Shown here: positions 45,772-55,191 of the stretch, one piece after another
Position numbering within the stretch: position 1 is the first letter of the stretch
How the letters are laid out: every line of letters begins with the position of its first letter
NCBI GenBank assembly: GCA_023229825.1
Contig: JALNYN010000003.1
Span: 16,528 to 80,527 of the forward strand
DNA: 64,000 bases
From: Minisyncoccota bacterium
GTDB taxonomy: Bacteria > Patescibacteriota > Minisyncoccia > Phycocordibacterales > CAIJYI01
Direction of reading: 5' to 3'
Position numbers and translations under genes: made by a program
The notes under the pieces: model-generated
Told to the model about the DNA's origin: nothing
What the model saw: the letters and a program-made list of their open reading frames with translations, nothing else
The model's database searches: none

Positions 45772-45909
45772 ATAAATAAATTTATATTAGATAAATAATA
45801 ATACCAATTGTATCCTTTACTACGCATTATAGCATATTCTCTTTCATGAAATCCTTAGATACAAAAAAGCGGGGACAATATCCCCGCCGTTGGTTGTTGA
45901 TCTTATCGA

Positions 45910-46038
45910 TCAATCCGTGTCATCGCTGACTCTTTTGTCGCCGTTATATATGGCTCGCCGTGCCCAGCATCCCGGAACCTTATGGCACAAAAAATCAACG
46001 ATCTTTCCCCATTTTCTTTTCAGATATCTAAACATCAT
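45910..46038 (-). CDS. candidate small protein (42 aa, MMFRYLKRKWGKIVDFLCHKVPGCWARRAIYNGDKRVSDDTD), not in ORF track
   Basis: TATAAT box, strong RBS 'aaggagagagATG', and a terminator hairpin (gcggggatattgtccccgc+T6) directly after the stop. Confidence 0.35.
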   Translation of the reverse strand: MMFRYLKRKWGKIVDFLCHKVPGCWARRAIYNGDKRVSDDTD

Positions 46039-46371
46039 CTCTCTCCTTTGTTCAAAACTGCGGAAGGAGCCGCCCGAAATACATTATAGTCATAAAATAA
46101 AATTGAGCAACACTTTGTCCGTAGCGCACTTATGCATTAGGTTTTTTTCTATTTTTCATATATAATAGAGTCATGGCAAAAAGAATTAGCGTCAACACAA
46201 AAAACAAAGCAACACGCTCAAAGAAGACGAAGAAACGCCTTGCTATCAAATCCGTGAAGATCGCGGCGAAAAAGGCGAAGAAAAAATAAAAAGGTAAAGA
46301 GCCGTTTTGTTTCGGAAATTTATTTCAATAAAAAACCGCCGATGGTTCGACGGTTTTTGATGTATCGTTTT

Positions 46372-47409
46372 TTAGAAAAAAATGCGAACGCGCGTCATAA
46401 TAGCGTTATCGCTTACGTTCGGTCCGCCGTCCGCACGGGTGTCGCTGTGGGTAAAATCAAGCGTAACCGAGCTATCTTTAAATCGACCATATCCTCCATC
46501 CTTCGGCAAAACAAGAGCAATGCCGGCGGTTTCGCTTCTTCCGCTTATCGGTCCGCCCGTCCTTTCCTCGTAGACTGCATGCACGCGAAGATCGAGTTTG
46601 TTATCTTTCATGCTCCACAACTTGTAATCGGGCAGCGTAAACCATCCTGTTTCCGTGTACGGTCTGTGTCCCGGGAGATGTGTCGACGAACGGAATGCCC
46701 CGTTGTACCAATCGAAGTTTTTGGTCGGACTCCACTTCGCGGTGACTCCTATTTTATGAAATTCATCGCTCCATGCATTCATGAGGGCAAGCTGTAAGAT
46801 GGTTTTGTCGCCGGCGGTATTTTTTATGGCATCCCATTGCAAACGCTGTGATGTTTCTATTTTGCCGCTGCTCCAGCGATCTTTGTCGTTATACGGCAAA
46901 CCGGTAGAACCCGTCACATCCCCAATAAAAAGGAGCCGCGGCGTGATCATGGTTTGGACCTGTATTCCGGATGCATAGTGTTTAAAAGGGCTGTAGCCTT
47001 TTCCGGCCGGAATAGTCGCGTAGGAGGCGGGGAGATACATTTCACCGGCGGTCATCAAAAGTCCTCCGCGGATCGTCGTATCGGAAAACATCTTCCCGAC
47101 CAGACCTTCTTTGCCGAAATTATAACCGACCCAGCCTTGGGTGATGTAGTTGGCATGAACGCGCGAATCAAGACCGGCGATATCGGTTTCCACAAAAGCC
47201 AGCCAATGTTCTTTGTATTTCAAGCCAGTGCGAATGCGAAATTGCGACGCCATGAAGTCTTGCTCTGAGCCGCCGACGATATTGGTGTAACCCCAAACAT
47301 TTACTTCCAGATCGTTCTTTTTATAGATCGGCTCGACTTCATGTCCGGCGGCAAAAGCGCCGAAAGAAATAAAAAAAATGAAAAGAATTCGTATTATTAT
47401 TTTTTTCAA
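46372..47409 (-). CDS. secreted protein with signal peptide and C-terminal '...RVRIFF' (outer-membrane beta-barrel/porin-like)
   Basis: N-terminal 'MKKIIIRILFIFFISFGAFA'; alternating hydrophobic pattern; terminal Phe. Confidence 0.4.
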   Translation of the reverse strand: MKKIIIRILFIFFISFGAFAAGHEVEPIYKKNDLEVNVWGYTNIVGGSEQDFMASQFRIRTGLKYKEHWLAFVETDIAGLDSRVHANYITQGWVGYNFGKEGLVGKMFSDTTIRGGLLMTAGEMYLPASYATIPAGKGYSPFKHYASGIQVQTMITPRLLFIGDVTGSTGLPYNDKDRWSSGKIETSQRLQWDAIKNTAGDKTILQLALMNAWSDEFHKIGVTAKWSPTKNFDWYNGAFRSSTHLPGHRPYTETGWFTLPDYKLWSMKDNKLDLRVHAVYEERTGGPISGRSETAGIALVLPKDGGYGRFKDSSVTLDFTHSDTRADGGPNVSDNAIMTRVRIFF

Positions 47410-47639
47410 GGGAAAAGTCCTCCTTCATCTAAAAATCATGTTTCTATAGAGAAAACTACCATTGATCTTCTAACATGTAAAGTCGGCCATATTTTCGCAT
47501 ATGTGTGAAACCGCATTAACTTGGTTGGTGCTATCGTCGTTTATGGTTATTTTGAAGCACAAACTCGTTCAAGGTCTCCAAACGTTTCGGACGGGGTTAT
47601 AAACCCCGTCCGGCGACAAATAGATTTCCAATAATGTTT

Positions 47640-48041
47640 TTATTCTTTTTCCGATGTTTCCCCCTCCCAGTGTTCTTCGTTTGATTCTGCTTCTTCTTTG
47701 GTATGCCGGACGATCCCATCTTTATGTTCTGGGGGTGCGTAGATGGTATAGAGTTTTAGGTCCTCGGTCGCGGAAGTGTTGATAAAATTATGTTCCGTTC
47801 CGGCCGGTACGATGACCGCGGAGCCGTCCGAGATCGAATATTCAATTCCATCCAAGATCGCTTTTCCTTCGCCTCCTTCGAAACGGAGAAATTGATCAAG
47901 GTGATGTACTTCCATGCCGATCTCCTCGCCGGGTTTTAGGCTCATGAGCACCAGCTGGCAGTTTCTCGCGGTATAGAGTACGCGGCGAAAATCTTCGTTC
48001 GCAAGCGTTTCTTTTTCGATATTTATTACAAATCCTTTCAT
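47640..48041 (-). CDS. cupin-domain protein
   Basis: 'GEEIGMEVHHLDQFLRFEGGEG...VIVPAGTEHNF' two-motif cupin signature. Confidence 0.6.
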   Translation of the reverse strand: MKGFVINIEKETLANEDFRRVLYTARNCQLVLMSLKPGEEIGMEVHHLDQFLRFEGGEGKAILDGIEYSISDGSAVIVPAGTEHNFINTSATEDLKLYTIYAPPEHKDGIVRHTKEEAESNEEHWEGETSEKE

Positions 48042-48221
48042 GGTAATTTTAATTTATCTTTTAATGGACCTGCGACATGGATCCTGGGTCCATTCTCCGC
48101 CAAAGGCTACGGCATGGCGCAGCGCGGCCCGGGATGACGGATGGATATGACGCATTGTAGCATTTTTCTCATGAATACTACATGAAAATACCGCCACGAA
48201 GTATGCGTGGCGGCTTGCGTT

Positions 48222-49286
48222 TTATTGCGTGTCAGCGCTTGCTTTTCCATGAGCCTTCATGTACTTCTGGAAAAATTCATCCGGATTTCCGAATTCCGCG
48301 TAGACATCATACCGGTCGTGGTAGCCCAACAGATTTTTCGCGTGCTTGATCGGACACCAGAAGCTTTCGGTAAGAGAGAATATTTCGCACGCGTACGAGA
48401 TCACTCCGACGCAATACGTGCCCAGCGAATAATTTGCCGCTTGTATGAAATTGGGTCCGGACAACCGGCAGTTTTTAAATGAAACGTATCGTCCGCGTTC
48501 TACGATCGGCAGCCGATATACGCGAAAACAAATGTGCTGATACAGAGTAATGAACGCATCAAAGAGCATTATGATCGGTACTCCTGCATACCATACGACC
48601 GCCAAAATGCATTTCACAAATCCGGCACGACGCATTTGAGCAAATGATCCTCTTTGCGTCTCGCCGTCGTCCCGCCAAAGAAATTCAGACCGATTAAGAA
48701 TTTCCGAAGAATACGCCACCAAGCCGTTTCCGTAGGAGCAATAACCGCAGTTCACTTTTTGCACGAAGTTTAAAAACTTGGCATACATTCTTTCGAAAAT
48801 GAAATACCCTTTTCTTTCCGCGCGAGTGATCCCGTAAGCGGGAAAACACACGTACTGCAGGATAATGACGTACAGATCGAGCAAAGCGATGAAGAATATT
48901 CCGGAATAAATGACGGGAGACACCGCGATGACCGCGGGTCCGATCTTTTTGAAGTACTTCCATAATCCGATCTTGCTCGCTATATGCAATCTTTCCAATT
49001 CCTTATCGAAAAGCTCTTTTCCTTTTTCAAGTCCTATTTGAATCCCCAAACTCTGTTTAATGGATTCCACCTCTATTTGTTTTTGAAAAAAACGGACGAT
49101 CTTTTCGAGGTGCGGAATAGAATCCGGATCGTTTGGGTTATCAAGCGTCAAATGATCTCTGACCGAACGAAGTTTTTTGTTCAGCTCCGTTTGAAAAAAC
49201 TCCAATTCCCTTCTCAACGAAGATATATTGGAATCGGGATCTCTTTCCGATTTGCGTCGATCTCCCATAAAAAACCTCCTTTTCAT
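48222..49286 (-). CDS. hypothetical membrane protein with N-terminal coiled coil and an internal about 80-aa duplication containing Cys motifs
   Basis: Repeats 'LQYVCFPAYGI...CGYCSYGNG' and 'YQHICFRVYRL...SLGTYCVGV'. Confidence 0.4.
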   Translation of the reverse strand: MKRRFFMGDRRKSERDPDSNISSLRRELEFFQTELNKKLRSVRDHLTLDNPNDPDSIPHLEKIVRFFQKQIEVESIKQSLGIQIGLEKGKELFDKELERLHIASKIGLWKYFKKIGPAVIAVSPVIYSGIFFIALLDLYVIILQYVCFPAYGITRAERKGYFIFERMYAKFLNFVQKVNCGYCSYGNGLVAYSSEILNRSEFLWRDDGETQRGSFAQMRRAGFVKCILAVVWYAGVPIIMLFDAFITLYQHICFRVYRLPIVERGRYVSFKNCRLSGPNFIQAANYSLGTYCVGVISYACEIFSLTESFWCPIKHAKNLLGYHDRYDVYAEFGNPDEFFQKYMKAHGKASADTQ

Positions 49287-49386
49287 CGTTGTTTGAGTTA
49301 ATGAAATAGTAATCTATTTCCATCTTGCCACTTTGTTCTTTTCGCGTCAAGAAAAAAGCAGGTCCGAAAACCTGCTTAAAAATGAA

Positions 49387-49722
49387 TTAACAAAAGTCCC
49401 ATTCTACGTGATACGGGCAGTCTTCCGAGTCACCGACGAAATATTTCCGGAAGGTAAATTGTACCCTATTATCACCAATTTTCCCCTCGTCGCCAGCAAA
49501 AATTCCGGAAGTGTCCTCTCCCCTTTCTTTCCTTTCCACTGGAAAATGCCCGTCGCATAGTAAGGTAATAAGTTCGTCGACCTCCCCACAAGTAAGAACG
49601 ATGGAACCCGTGCTCTTAAAAATTTCAGCACACAGATTTTCGAAAATTATTTTCGCCTCACGATCACGATCCCTTTCTTTTTTGAATTTGTTCACCTTCT
49701 CTTGCATTGCTTCTTTCGTCAT
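49387..49722 (-). CDS. hypothetical protein (111 aa)
   Basis: ORF track only. Confidence 0.3.
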   Translation of the reverse strand: MTKEAMQEKVNKFKKERDRDREAKIIFENLCAEIFKSTGSIVLTCGEVDELITLLCDGHFPVERKERGEDTSGIFAGDEGKIGDNRVQFTFRKYFVGDSEDCPYHVEWDFC

Positions 49723-49786
49723 CTTCGACTCCTTTTTAAAAGAAAACCCGAATGTAATATAATATATTTAATAAGCACTTGTCAAG

Positions 49787-50707
49787 TTAAAAAATGGAGA
49801 TGAGGTAGGAATCGATCTCGCGCGCGGGCAGATCGTAGAAGAATTGGCCGTTGTTGTGAAGTTTAGCCGCAAGATCAACGCCGACGAATCGCCAATGCCA
49901 TGGCTCGTATTGGAAATACGTGTTTTGTTTCGGGTACGAAAGAATGAATCCATATCGGTAAGCGTTTTCAGTGAGCCAGTTGTACGCGTCGCTTCCGTCG
50001 AATTTTATGAACGCCAAACCAAGTGTCGGCGTTGTCAGATCCATGGTCGTGCCGAGCTGGTGTTCTGAATATCCCTGATCGGCGGAAAATTTGTTGGCTC
50101 CGCTTCCGTAGGTAACGACGTAATTCGCTTTGAGCAAAGTCTGATCGCCGAAAGAACGATACGCACTGATGATCTGTATCGGGTTCGTCGATGTCGCGGC
50201 TTCGAGCATTTGCACGAGATACGGATAGGCTTTCGCATGGAACTGCGCCGTCTTATTTTTTTCAAAAACATATTTTGGGTCGATCACGGTCAAATTTTCC
50301 GGAACATAATGTTCGTTCAAAAAATACACCTTGGAATATTTTTGCAGAAGTTCTTTGTCTGTCTGAGATAACTTCGTAAGCTTTCCCACGGTGCCGCCGA
50401 TGGCCTGGATCTGCGATTCGAACAGCGTGTTTTTATCTTTTTCCGACATGAGAGTCTGCGAAAGATCGGTGTTTTCCGCGTCTTTCCGCCCGAGTTCCGT
50501 TTCCATCGCCGCGATATTCTTTTCAAGCATCGAGATCTTTGCCTCTGACCGCGTTTTTTCCGTAGCGGATCTTTGCTTTACGGCCTGCAATTCATTATGC
50601 GTCTGGTAGAACGCATAGCCGCCATAACCGATCGCGGAAAAAAGCGCGAATATGGCGAGAATTTTCAGAGCAAAAAATAGCTTGCGTTTTTTTGATTTGT
50701 CTTCCAT
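49787..50707 (-). CDS. M15B/VanY-type D-alanyl-D-alanine carboxypeptidase, membrane-anchored
   Basis: 'SAYRSFGDQ','SEHQLGTTMDL','EPWHWRFVG'. Confidence 0.75.
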   Translation of the reverse strand: MEDKSKKRKLFFALKILAIFALFSAIGYGGYAFYQTHNELQAVKQRSATEKTRSEAKISMLEKNIAAMETELGRKDAENTDLSQTLMSEKDKNTLFESQIQAIGGTVGKLTKLSQTDKELLQKYSKVYFLNEHYVPENLTVIDPKYVFEKNKTAQFHAKAYPYLVQMLEAATSTNPIQIISAYRSFGDQTLLKANYVVTYGSGANKFSADQGYSEHQLGTTMDLTTPTLGLAFIKFDGSDAYNWLTENAYRYGFILSYPKQNTYFQYEPWHWRFVGVDLAAKLHNNGQFFYDLPAREIDSYLISIF

Positions 50708-50786
50708 TACTCAAGTATATCACGGACAGAGCCATTTTGAATAATTTTGTTTTCAGCATATACTGAACACAAATACAGATAAAATC

Positions 50787-51047
50787 ATGAACAAGTATCT
50801 GCAAACACCCGAACACATTCTGGATCTTCACGGAATGACTTGCCGGGAATCAAAAACGGCGATATTCCGCCTGCTTTCCGATCATCGATACTCGCATGTT
50901 CGCATCATCACGGGAAAAGGAACCTTTCGTGAAAAAAGCGGCACCTTGCGCGAATTCGTAAAAACCATACTAAAAGACAACGGTATTGATTTCCGTCCGT
51001 CCAAACTGAGCGATGGCGGCGAAGGAGCGCTGGAAGTATTTTTGTAA
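50787..51047 (+). CDS. Smr-domain protein
   Basis: 'ILDLHGMT','RIITGKG'. Confidence 0.7.
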   Translation: MNKYLQTPEHILDLHGMTCRESKTAIFRLLSDHRYSHVRIITGKGTFREKSGTLREFVKTILKDNGIDFRPSKLSDGGEGALEVFL

Positions 51048-51059
51048 AACAAAAAAAAC

Positions 51060-51099
51060 GAGTCGTTCATATTTCGCATATGCGAAATATGAACGACTC
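51060..51099. repeat. perfect 40-nt palindrome gagtcgttcatatttcgcata|tgcgaaatatgaacgactc
   Basis: Seen directly; lies between the Smr gene and the GT2 gene. Confidence 0.8.
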
Positions 51100-51158
51100 T
51101 TACAAAAGAATTTCGCCCTCTTATTTCAGAAATTACTGTTTTCAGGTATAATGGAGCT

Positions 51159-51899
51159 ATGTCATATGAAGGACAAAATATCGAGTCTAAACCGTATTAT
51201 TTCTCTATCATCGTCCCCGCGCACAATGAGGAAAAATACATCGGGGAAACGCTTGAATGCGTACGTAAACTTGATTACCCGAAAGACTATTTCGAGGCTC
51301 TTGTCGTGGAGAACGGTTCGAGTGATCGCACTTATGAATTGGCGAAGCAATTCGACGATAAAAACATTCGTACGATGAGCATTTCTCTGAAAGGAGTTTC
51401 GAGAGCGAAAAATTTTGCGCTTGGCGTTATACGCGCGAGCAGCGACTGGATCATATACCTCGATGCCGATACGCATCTTAAACCATCATTCCTCACCGAT
51501 CTTTCCGCCTTTCTCCGTAAAAATGAAAAACGAAATTTTGCCATCGGTACGACGGCCGTGGAACCGATCGAAAACAAAAAATGGTATGCTTTGTTGTGGT
51601 TCCATCTCTACAATTGGGGGCACAAAAATACGAATACATCCTATTCCATTCAAATTGCCCGTGCTTCTTTGCGCAACAAAGCGCGATTCGACGAAACTAT
51701 CACACTCGCGGAAGATCTGAAATATATCAAGGAGCTGCTCCCTTTCGGAAATTTCTTTTATTTCGACACCGATGCCGTTTCAACATCCACGAGGCGTTTT
51801 GATGCGATCGGCTGGAATCTTCAATTCATCAAATGGAATTTTCATGCGCTCATGTTTAGCCTGTTCAAAAAAGCGCCGCAATATCCGGTGATCAGATAG
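51159..51899 (+). CDS. family 2 glycosyltransferase
   Basis: 'FSIIVPAHNEEKYIGETLECV','YLDADT'. Confidence 0.75.
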   Translation: MSYEGQNIESKPYYFSIIVPAHNEEKYIGETLECVRKLDYPKDYFEALVVENGSSDRTYELAKQFDDKNIRTMSISLKGVSRAKNFALGVIRASSDWIIYLDADTHLKPSFLTDLSAFLRKNEKRNFAIGTTAVEPIENKKWYALLWFHLYNWGHKNTNTSYSIQIARASLRNKARFDETITLAEDLKYIKELLPFGNFFYFDTDAVSTSTRRFDAIGWNLQFIKWNFHALMFSLFKKAPQYPVIR

Positions 51900-51921
51900 A
51901 CACCGAACACCGGAATATTTT

Positions 51922-52590
51922 ATGATCAATATCCTCACCAGCACCATTGCAGACATGTCACTCTGGCTTTCGCTGCACGCAAACCTTGCGTACGCCATTC
52001 TGTTTTTCGGCTCATATTTCGAAACGGTAGTCGGACCGGGTTTTTTTATTTACGGCGAATTATTTTTCCTGCCGGGCGCCATTTTGGCCGGCGCGGGGTT
52101 TTTGAATATTTGGCTGGTGGCATTGGCTACGATATCCGGAGGTATTCTCGGAGACTATACGAGCTATGAAATAGGAAGAAAGCACGGGCATCGTATTTTC
52201 CGTTTCGGTAATAAATATTTTTCCCCCGAGAATCACGAAAAAGGAAAAGTCTTTTTTAAAAAACATGGTCCGAAGGCGATCTTTTTCGCACGCCTCCTTG
52301 GTCCGTTTTCGTGGATCACGCCGTTTTTTGCCGGCACATATGGAATTTCACGCAGGACATTTTTCGCTTACAATATCCCGGGTGTTTTTGCGGGAATTGG
52401 AGAATTTCTCGTTGTAGGATATTTTTTCGGAACGAGCTATGGTGCGGCGCTCCAATTCATTCAACAGAAATTAGCGTACATCCTCGCCGCCCTCTTTGTT
52501 TTATTTTCAACCTATTATATTATTAAGAGAAACGATCCGGAGTTTTTCATCAGACTTGGGATCGCGCTGCATTTGATCAAAAAAGACTAA
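51922..52590 (+). CDS. DedA/SNARE-associated family membrane protein
   Basis: 'GELFFLPG','ARLLGPFSWITPFFAGTYGISRRTFFAYNIPG'. Confidence 0.7.
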   Translation: MINILTSTIADMSLWLSLHANLAYAILFFGSYFETVVGPGFFIYGELFFLPGAILAGAGFLNIWLVALATISGGILGDYTSYEIGRKHGHRIFRFGNKYFSPENHEKGKVFFKKHGPKAIFFARLLGPFSWITPFFAGTYGISRRTFFAYNIPGVFAGIGEFLVVGYFFGTSYGAALQFIQQKLAYILAALFVLFSTYYIIKRNDPEFFIRLGIALHLIKKD

Positions 52591-52594
52591 TACT

Positions 52595-53317
52595 ATGGAA
52601 AACCCAAAAGTAAGCCTCATTATCTGCGCCTATAACGAAGAAAAATATATCGGCGAATGCCTTGACCGCGCGATCAAAAGTTCCGGGGGGAAATTTTTTG
52701 AAATACTGGTCATCGACAACGCGAGCACTGACCGCACAAAAGAAACGGCGGAAATGCGCGCGGGCGTCCGCGTCATACGCGAAGAAAAGAAGGGGCTGAC
52801 GCGCGCGAGGCAGCGCGGTTTTGAAGAATCAAAGGGAGATATTCTTGCGTACATTGATTCTGATACGCATATGCCGGCAGGCTGGCTCGACACGGTGATG
52901 CGTGAGTTTGAGCGGGATGAAAAGCTCGCGGTATTGAGCGGACCCTACGTATATTACGATATTTCGAAATGGCAGCAATTTCTCGTGAAATTATACTGGT
53001 ACGTTCTTGCTGTGCCGATCTATTGGATCGTCGGTTACATGACCGTCGGCGGAAATTTTGCCATCAAAAAAGATGTATTGAAAAAAATGAACGGGTTCGA
53101 TACGACGATAGAATTTTATGGCGAAGACACGAACATCGCAAGGCGCGCGCATCAATTCGGATACGTAAAATTCAAACCGAATTTCATTATGTATACCTCC
53201 GGACGCCGTCTCACCGGACAAGGAGTTTGTTCGACCACTACCGCCTACATGCTGAATTACATTTCAGAAGCGTTCTTTCACAAACCCGCTACGAAAGAAT
53301 ATACGGATATCAGGTAA
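52595..53317 (+). CDS. family 2 glycosyltransferase
   Basis: 'VSLIICAYNEEKYIGECLD','YIDSDT'. Confidence 0.75.
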   Translation: MENPKVSLIICAYNEEKYIGECLDRAIKSSGGKFFEILVIDNASTDRTKETAEMRAGVRVIREEKKGLTRARQRGFEESKGDILAYIDSDTHMPAGWLDTVMREFERDEKLAVLSGPYVYYDISKWQQFLVKLYWYVLAVPIYWIVGYMTVGGNFAIKKDVLKKMNGFDTTIEFYGEDTNIARRAHQFGYVKFKPNFIMYTSGRRLTGQGVCSTTTAYMLNYISEAFFHKPATKEYTDIR

Positions 53318-53327
53318 ATTAAAAACC

Positions 53328-54275
53328 ATGCCGGAAAATTTTCCCATTCAAAAGATCAATGAGAACAAAGAGCTGCCGAAAAAATATGCAAGCCCCGAAG
53401 ATCAGTTCTCTCGCCCGAAGCGGATCCGAGTCGGCACGGAAGATGTCGATGTATACGATGTGAGTCCGGAAAATACCAAAACCGATATTCCGACGGTGTT
53501 CGCTCCCGGTTTTTCGGGCACGCCCATGTTTCATCAGCAGAATATTATTGAACTGGCTAAAGCCGGACGCAGGATCATTTCGGTAGATTCGCCTCACGGC
53601 TTAAAAAACCACATGGTTCCGGAAGAAAAGAACGGAGAATATTCCAACGTGGAACTGGCAAAACTTTCTGCGGTGATCGAGGCTTTAAAAGAGCTCCAGA
53701 TCGATAAAACGGATGTCGTGGGACACTCCGAAGGCGGATTATATATGGCGCTTGCCGCCTATCTTTATCCCGAGAGATTTCGCAATATGGTGCTCGTATG
53801 CCCTGCCGGTATGATCGGGAAAGATAATCTGTTCGAACTCGTAAAAAGAAATACGGAAAAGCTCTCGGCGCAAAGGCAAAGCGAATCGGCGCGGACGGAT
53901 GAAGACCGGCTGGCGGAACCGTTGAGAGATAGTCGAATTCCGCTCAATGTTCTGCTTTCGAACATCCCGCGTTCGCTCAGCTCGGCAAAAGCGATATCGG
54001 AATCCGATATTATCGACATGCTGAAAGAACTGAAGCAAAAGGGCATCAATGTATCCGTTGTTCACGGCGTTGACGATAAAGTATTCCCCATGGAGAGAGT
54101 GCAGCGCGAAACGGATGCGGATACCGTCACGGGATTTTATTCCGTACAGGGCGGACACAATGATATCTATCTGACGCCGAAACAATATACGGCGGCAATA
54201 GATGCGGCGCTTGATGCGTTGGAAAACAAGTCCCGCGCGGACGATTCTTCAAAAAATATCGATCCGGCCGAATAG
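53328..54275 (+). CDS. alpha/beta-hydrolase fold protein
   Basis: Nucleophile elbow 'VVGHSEGG'; C-terminal 'HGVDDKVFP','GGHND'. Confidence 0.6.
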   Translation: MPENFPIQKINENKELPKKYASPEDQFSRPKRIRVGTEDVDVYDVSPENTKTDIPTVFAPGFSGTPMFHQQNIIELAKAGRRIISVDSPHGLKNHMVPEEKNGEYSNVELAKLSAVIEALKELQIDKTDVVGHSEGGLYMALAAYLYPERFRNMVLVCPAGMIGKDNLFELVKRNTEKLSAQRQSESARTDEDRLAEPLRDSRIPLNVLLSNIPRSLSSAKAISESDIIDMLKELKQKGINVSVVHGVDDKVFPMERVQRETDADTVTGFYSVQGGHNDIYLTPKQYTAAIDAALDALENKSRADDSSKNIDPAE

Positions 54276-54280
54276 ATATA

Positions 54281-54305
54281 AAAAAGCCGACTTTTACAGT
54301 CGGCT
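54281..54305. terminator. bidirectional rho-independent terminator
   Basis: 'aagccgacttttacagtcggctt' flanked by A/T runs. Confidence 0.6.
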
Positions 54306-54311
54306 TGTCGT

Positions 54312-54575
54312 TCACGCGTGATGTTTGGCTTTCTCTTGATCGAACTCTTCGTAAAGACAGGCCGCCAAAGCCCGAAGTTCATTTTCTTCTTTTCTTTTTT
54401 CATCGGCGATTTCCACCGCACATATCCATCTATGTTTGACCGGGATCTCTTGATAATCCAGGACCGCTTCATAGCGATTCAAATAAATACACGAAGCCTT
54501 CTCTTGTCCCATGTTTACTCGATGCCTGTTCAGCACCAATTGTTGCATCGGACTCAATTTTTTACTATCACTCAT
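54312..54575 (-). CDS. small hypothetical protein (87 aa), paralog of the next gene
   Basis: Shares 'NPM(E/Q)QL.L..HR...G.EK....YLN..EAVL(E/D)Y..IP...W..A.EIAD.KRKE' with the adjacent ORF. Confidence 0.4.
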   Translation of the reverse strand: MSDSKKLSPMQQLVLNRHRVNMGQEKASCIYLNRYEAVLDYQEIPVKHRWICAVEIADEKRKEENELRALAACLYEEFDQEKAKHHA

Positions 54576-54625
54576 TTCTCTTTCCTCATTTATTGTTTAA
54601 GAACAATTCGTAATGCTGTTTTTGG

Positions 54626-54901
54626 TCAGACGCGATGCCTTTTGGTCTGGCCTTTGATCTCTTCAAGAAGTTCTACCATCTTTCGCAGGTTCGCAATTTC
54701 CTTCCTCTTTTGATCGGCGATCTCTGTCGCAAACACCCACTTGTTTCCGGAAGGTATTTGGTCATATTCCAAAACCGCCTCATGGCTGTTCAGGTAATCA
54801 TCCGTACATTTTTCAAGCCCGATCTGCAGGCGGTGTTTTTCCAAGAGCAATTGTTCCATCGGATTTAATTTGTAGCAATTAGCCATCTCAATTTTCTCCA
54901 T
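54626..54901 (-). CDS. small hypothetical protein (91 aa), paralog of previous
   Basis: As above. Confidence 0.4.
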   Translation of the reverse strand: MEKIEMANCYKLNPMEQLLLEKHRLQIGLEKCTDDYLNSHEAVLEYDQIPSGNKWVFATEIADQKRKEIANLRKMVELLEEIKGQTKRHRV

Positions 54902-55191
54902 TCACATAAAGAACTAAACTTCAGTATAACACAAAATACAAAACTTTGCAAACTCTACCGAGGACGCCACCTCCTGAAGAAAGGAAAACCCGGAGTAAGA
55001 TCAATAAACTCTGGATTCCCGCCTGCGCGGGAATGACGGCGGGAGAAACAATTCCGCCCGAGCTTATAACTTGGAAATTACTTGTTCTGCGCAGCTTTTA
55101 GCGAAGCAGGAGAAATTGAAAATTTTTATCCACATGAAAAAACCGGGGCGACATCCGTACCCTTTTTCATTTTTCATTTTTCCTTTTTAAT

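Noticed and set aside
45890-46165. 91-aa plus-strand ORF downstream of sod
   Set aside because: No RBS, non-ATG start; the opposite strand has a better-supported 42-aa sORF with promoter, RBS and terminator
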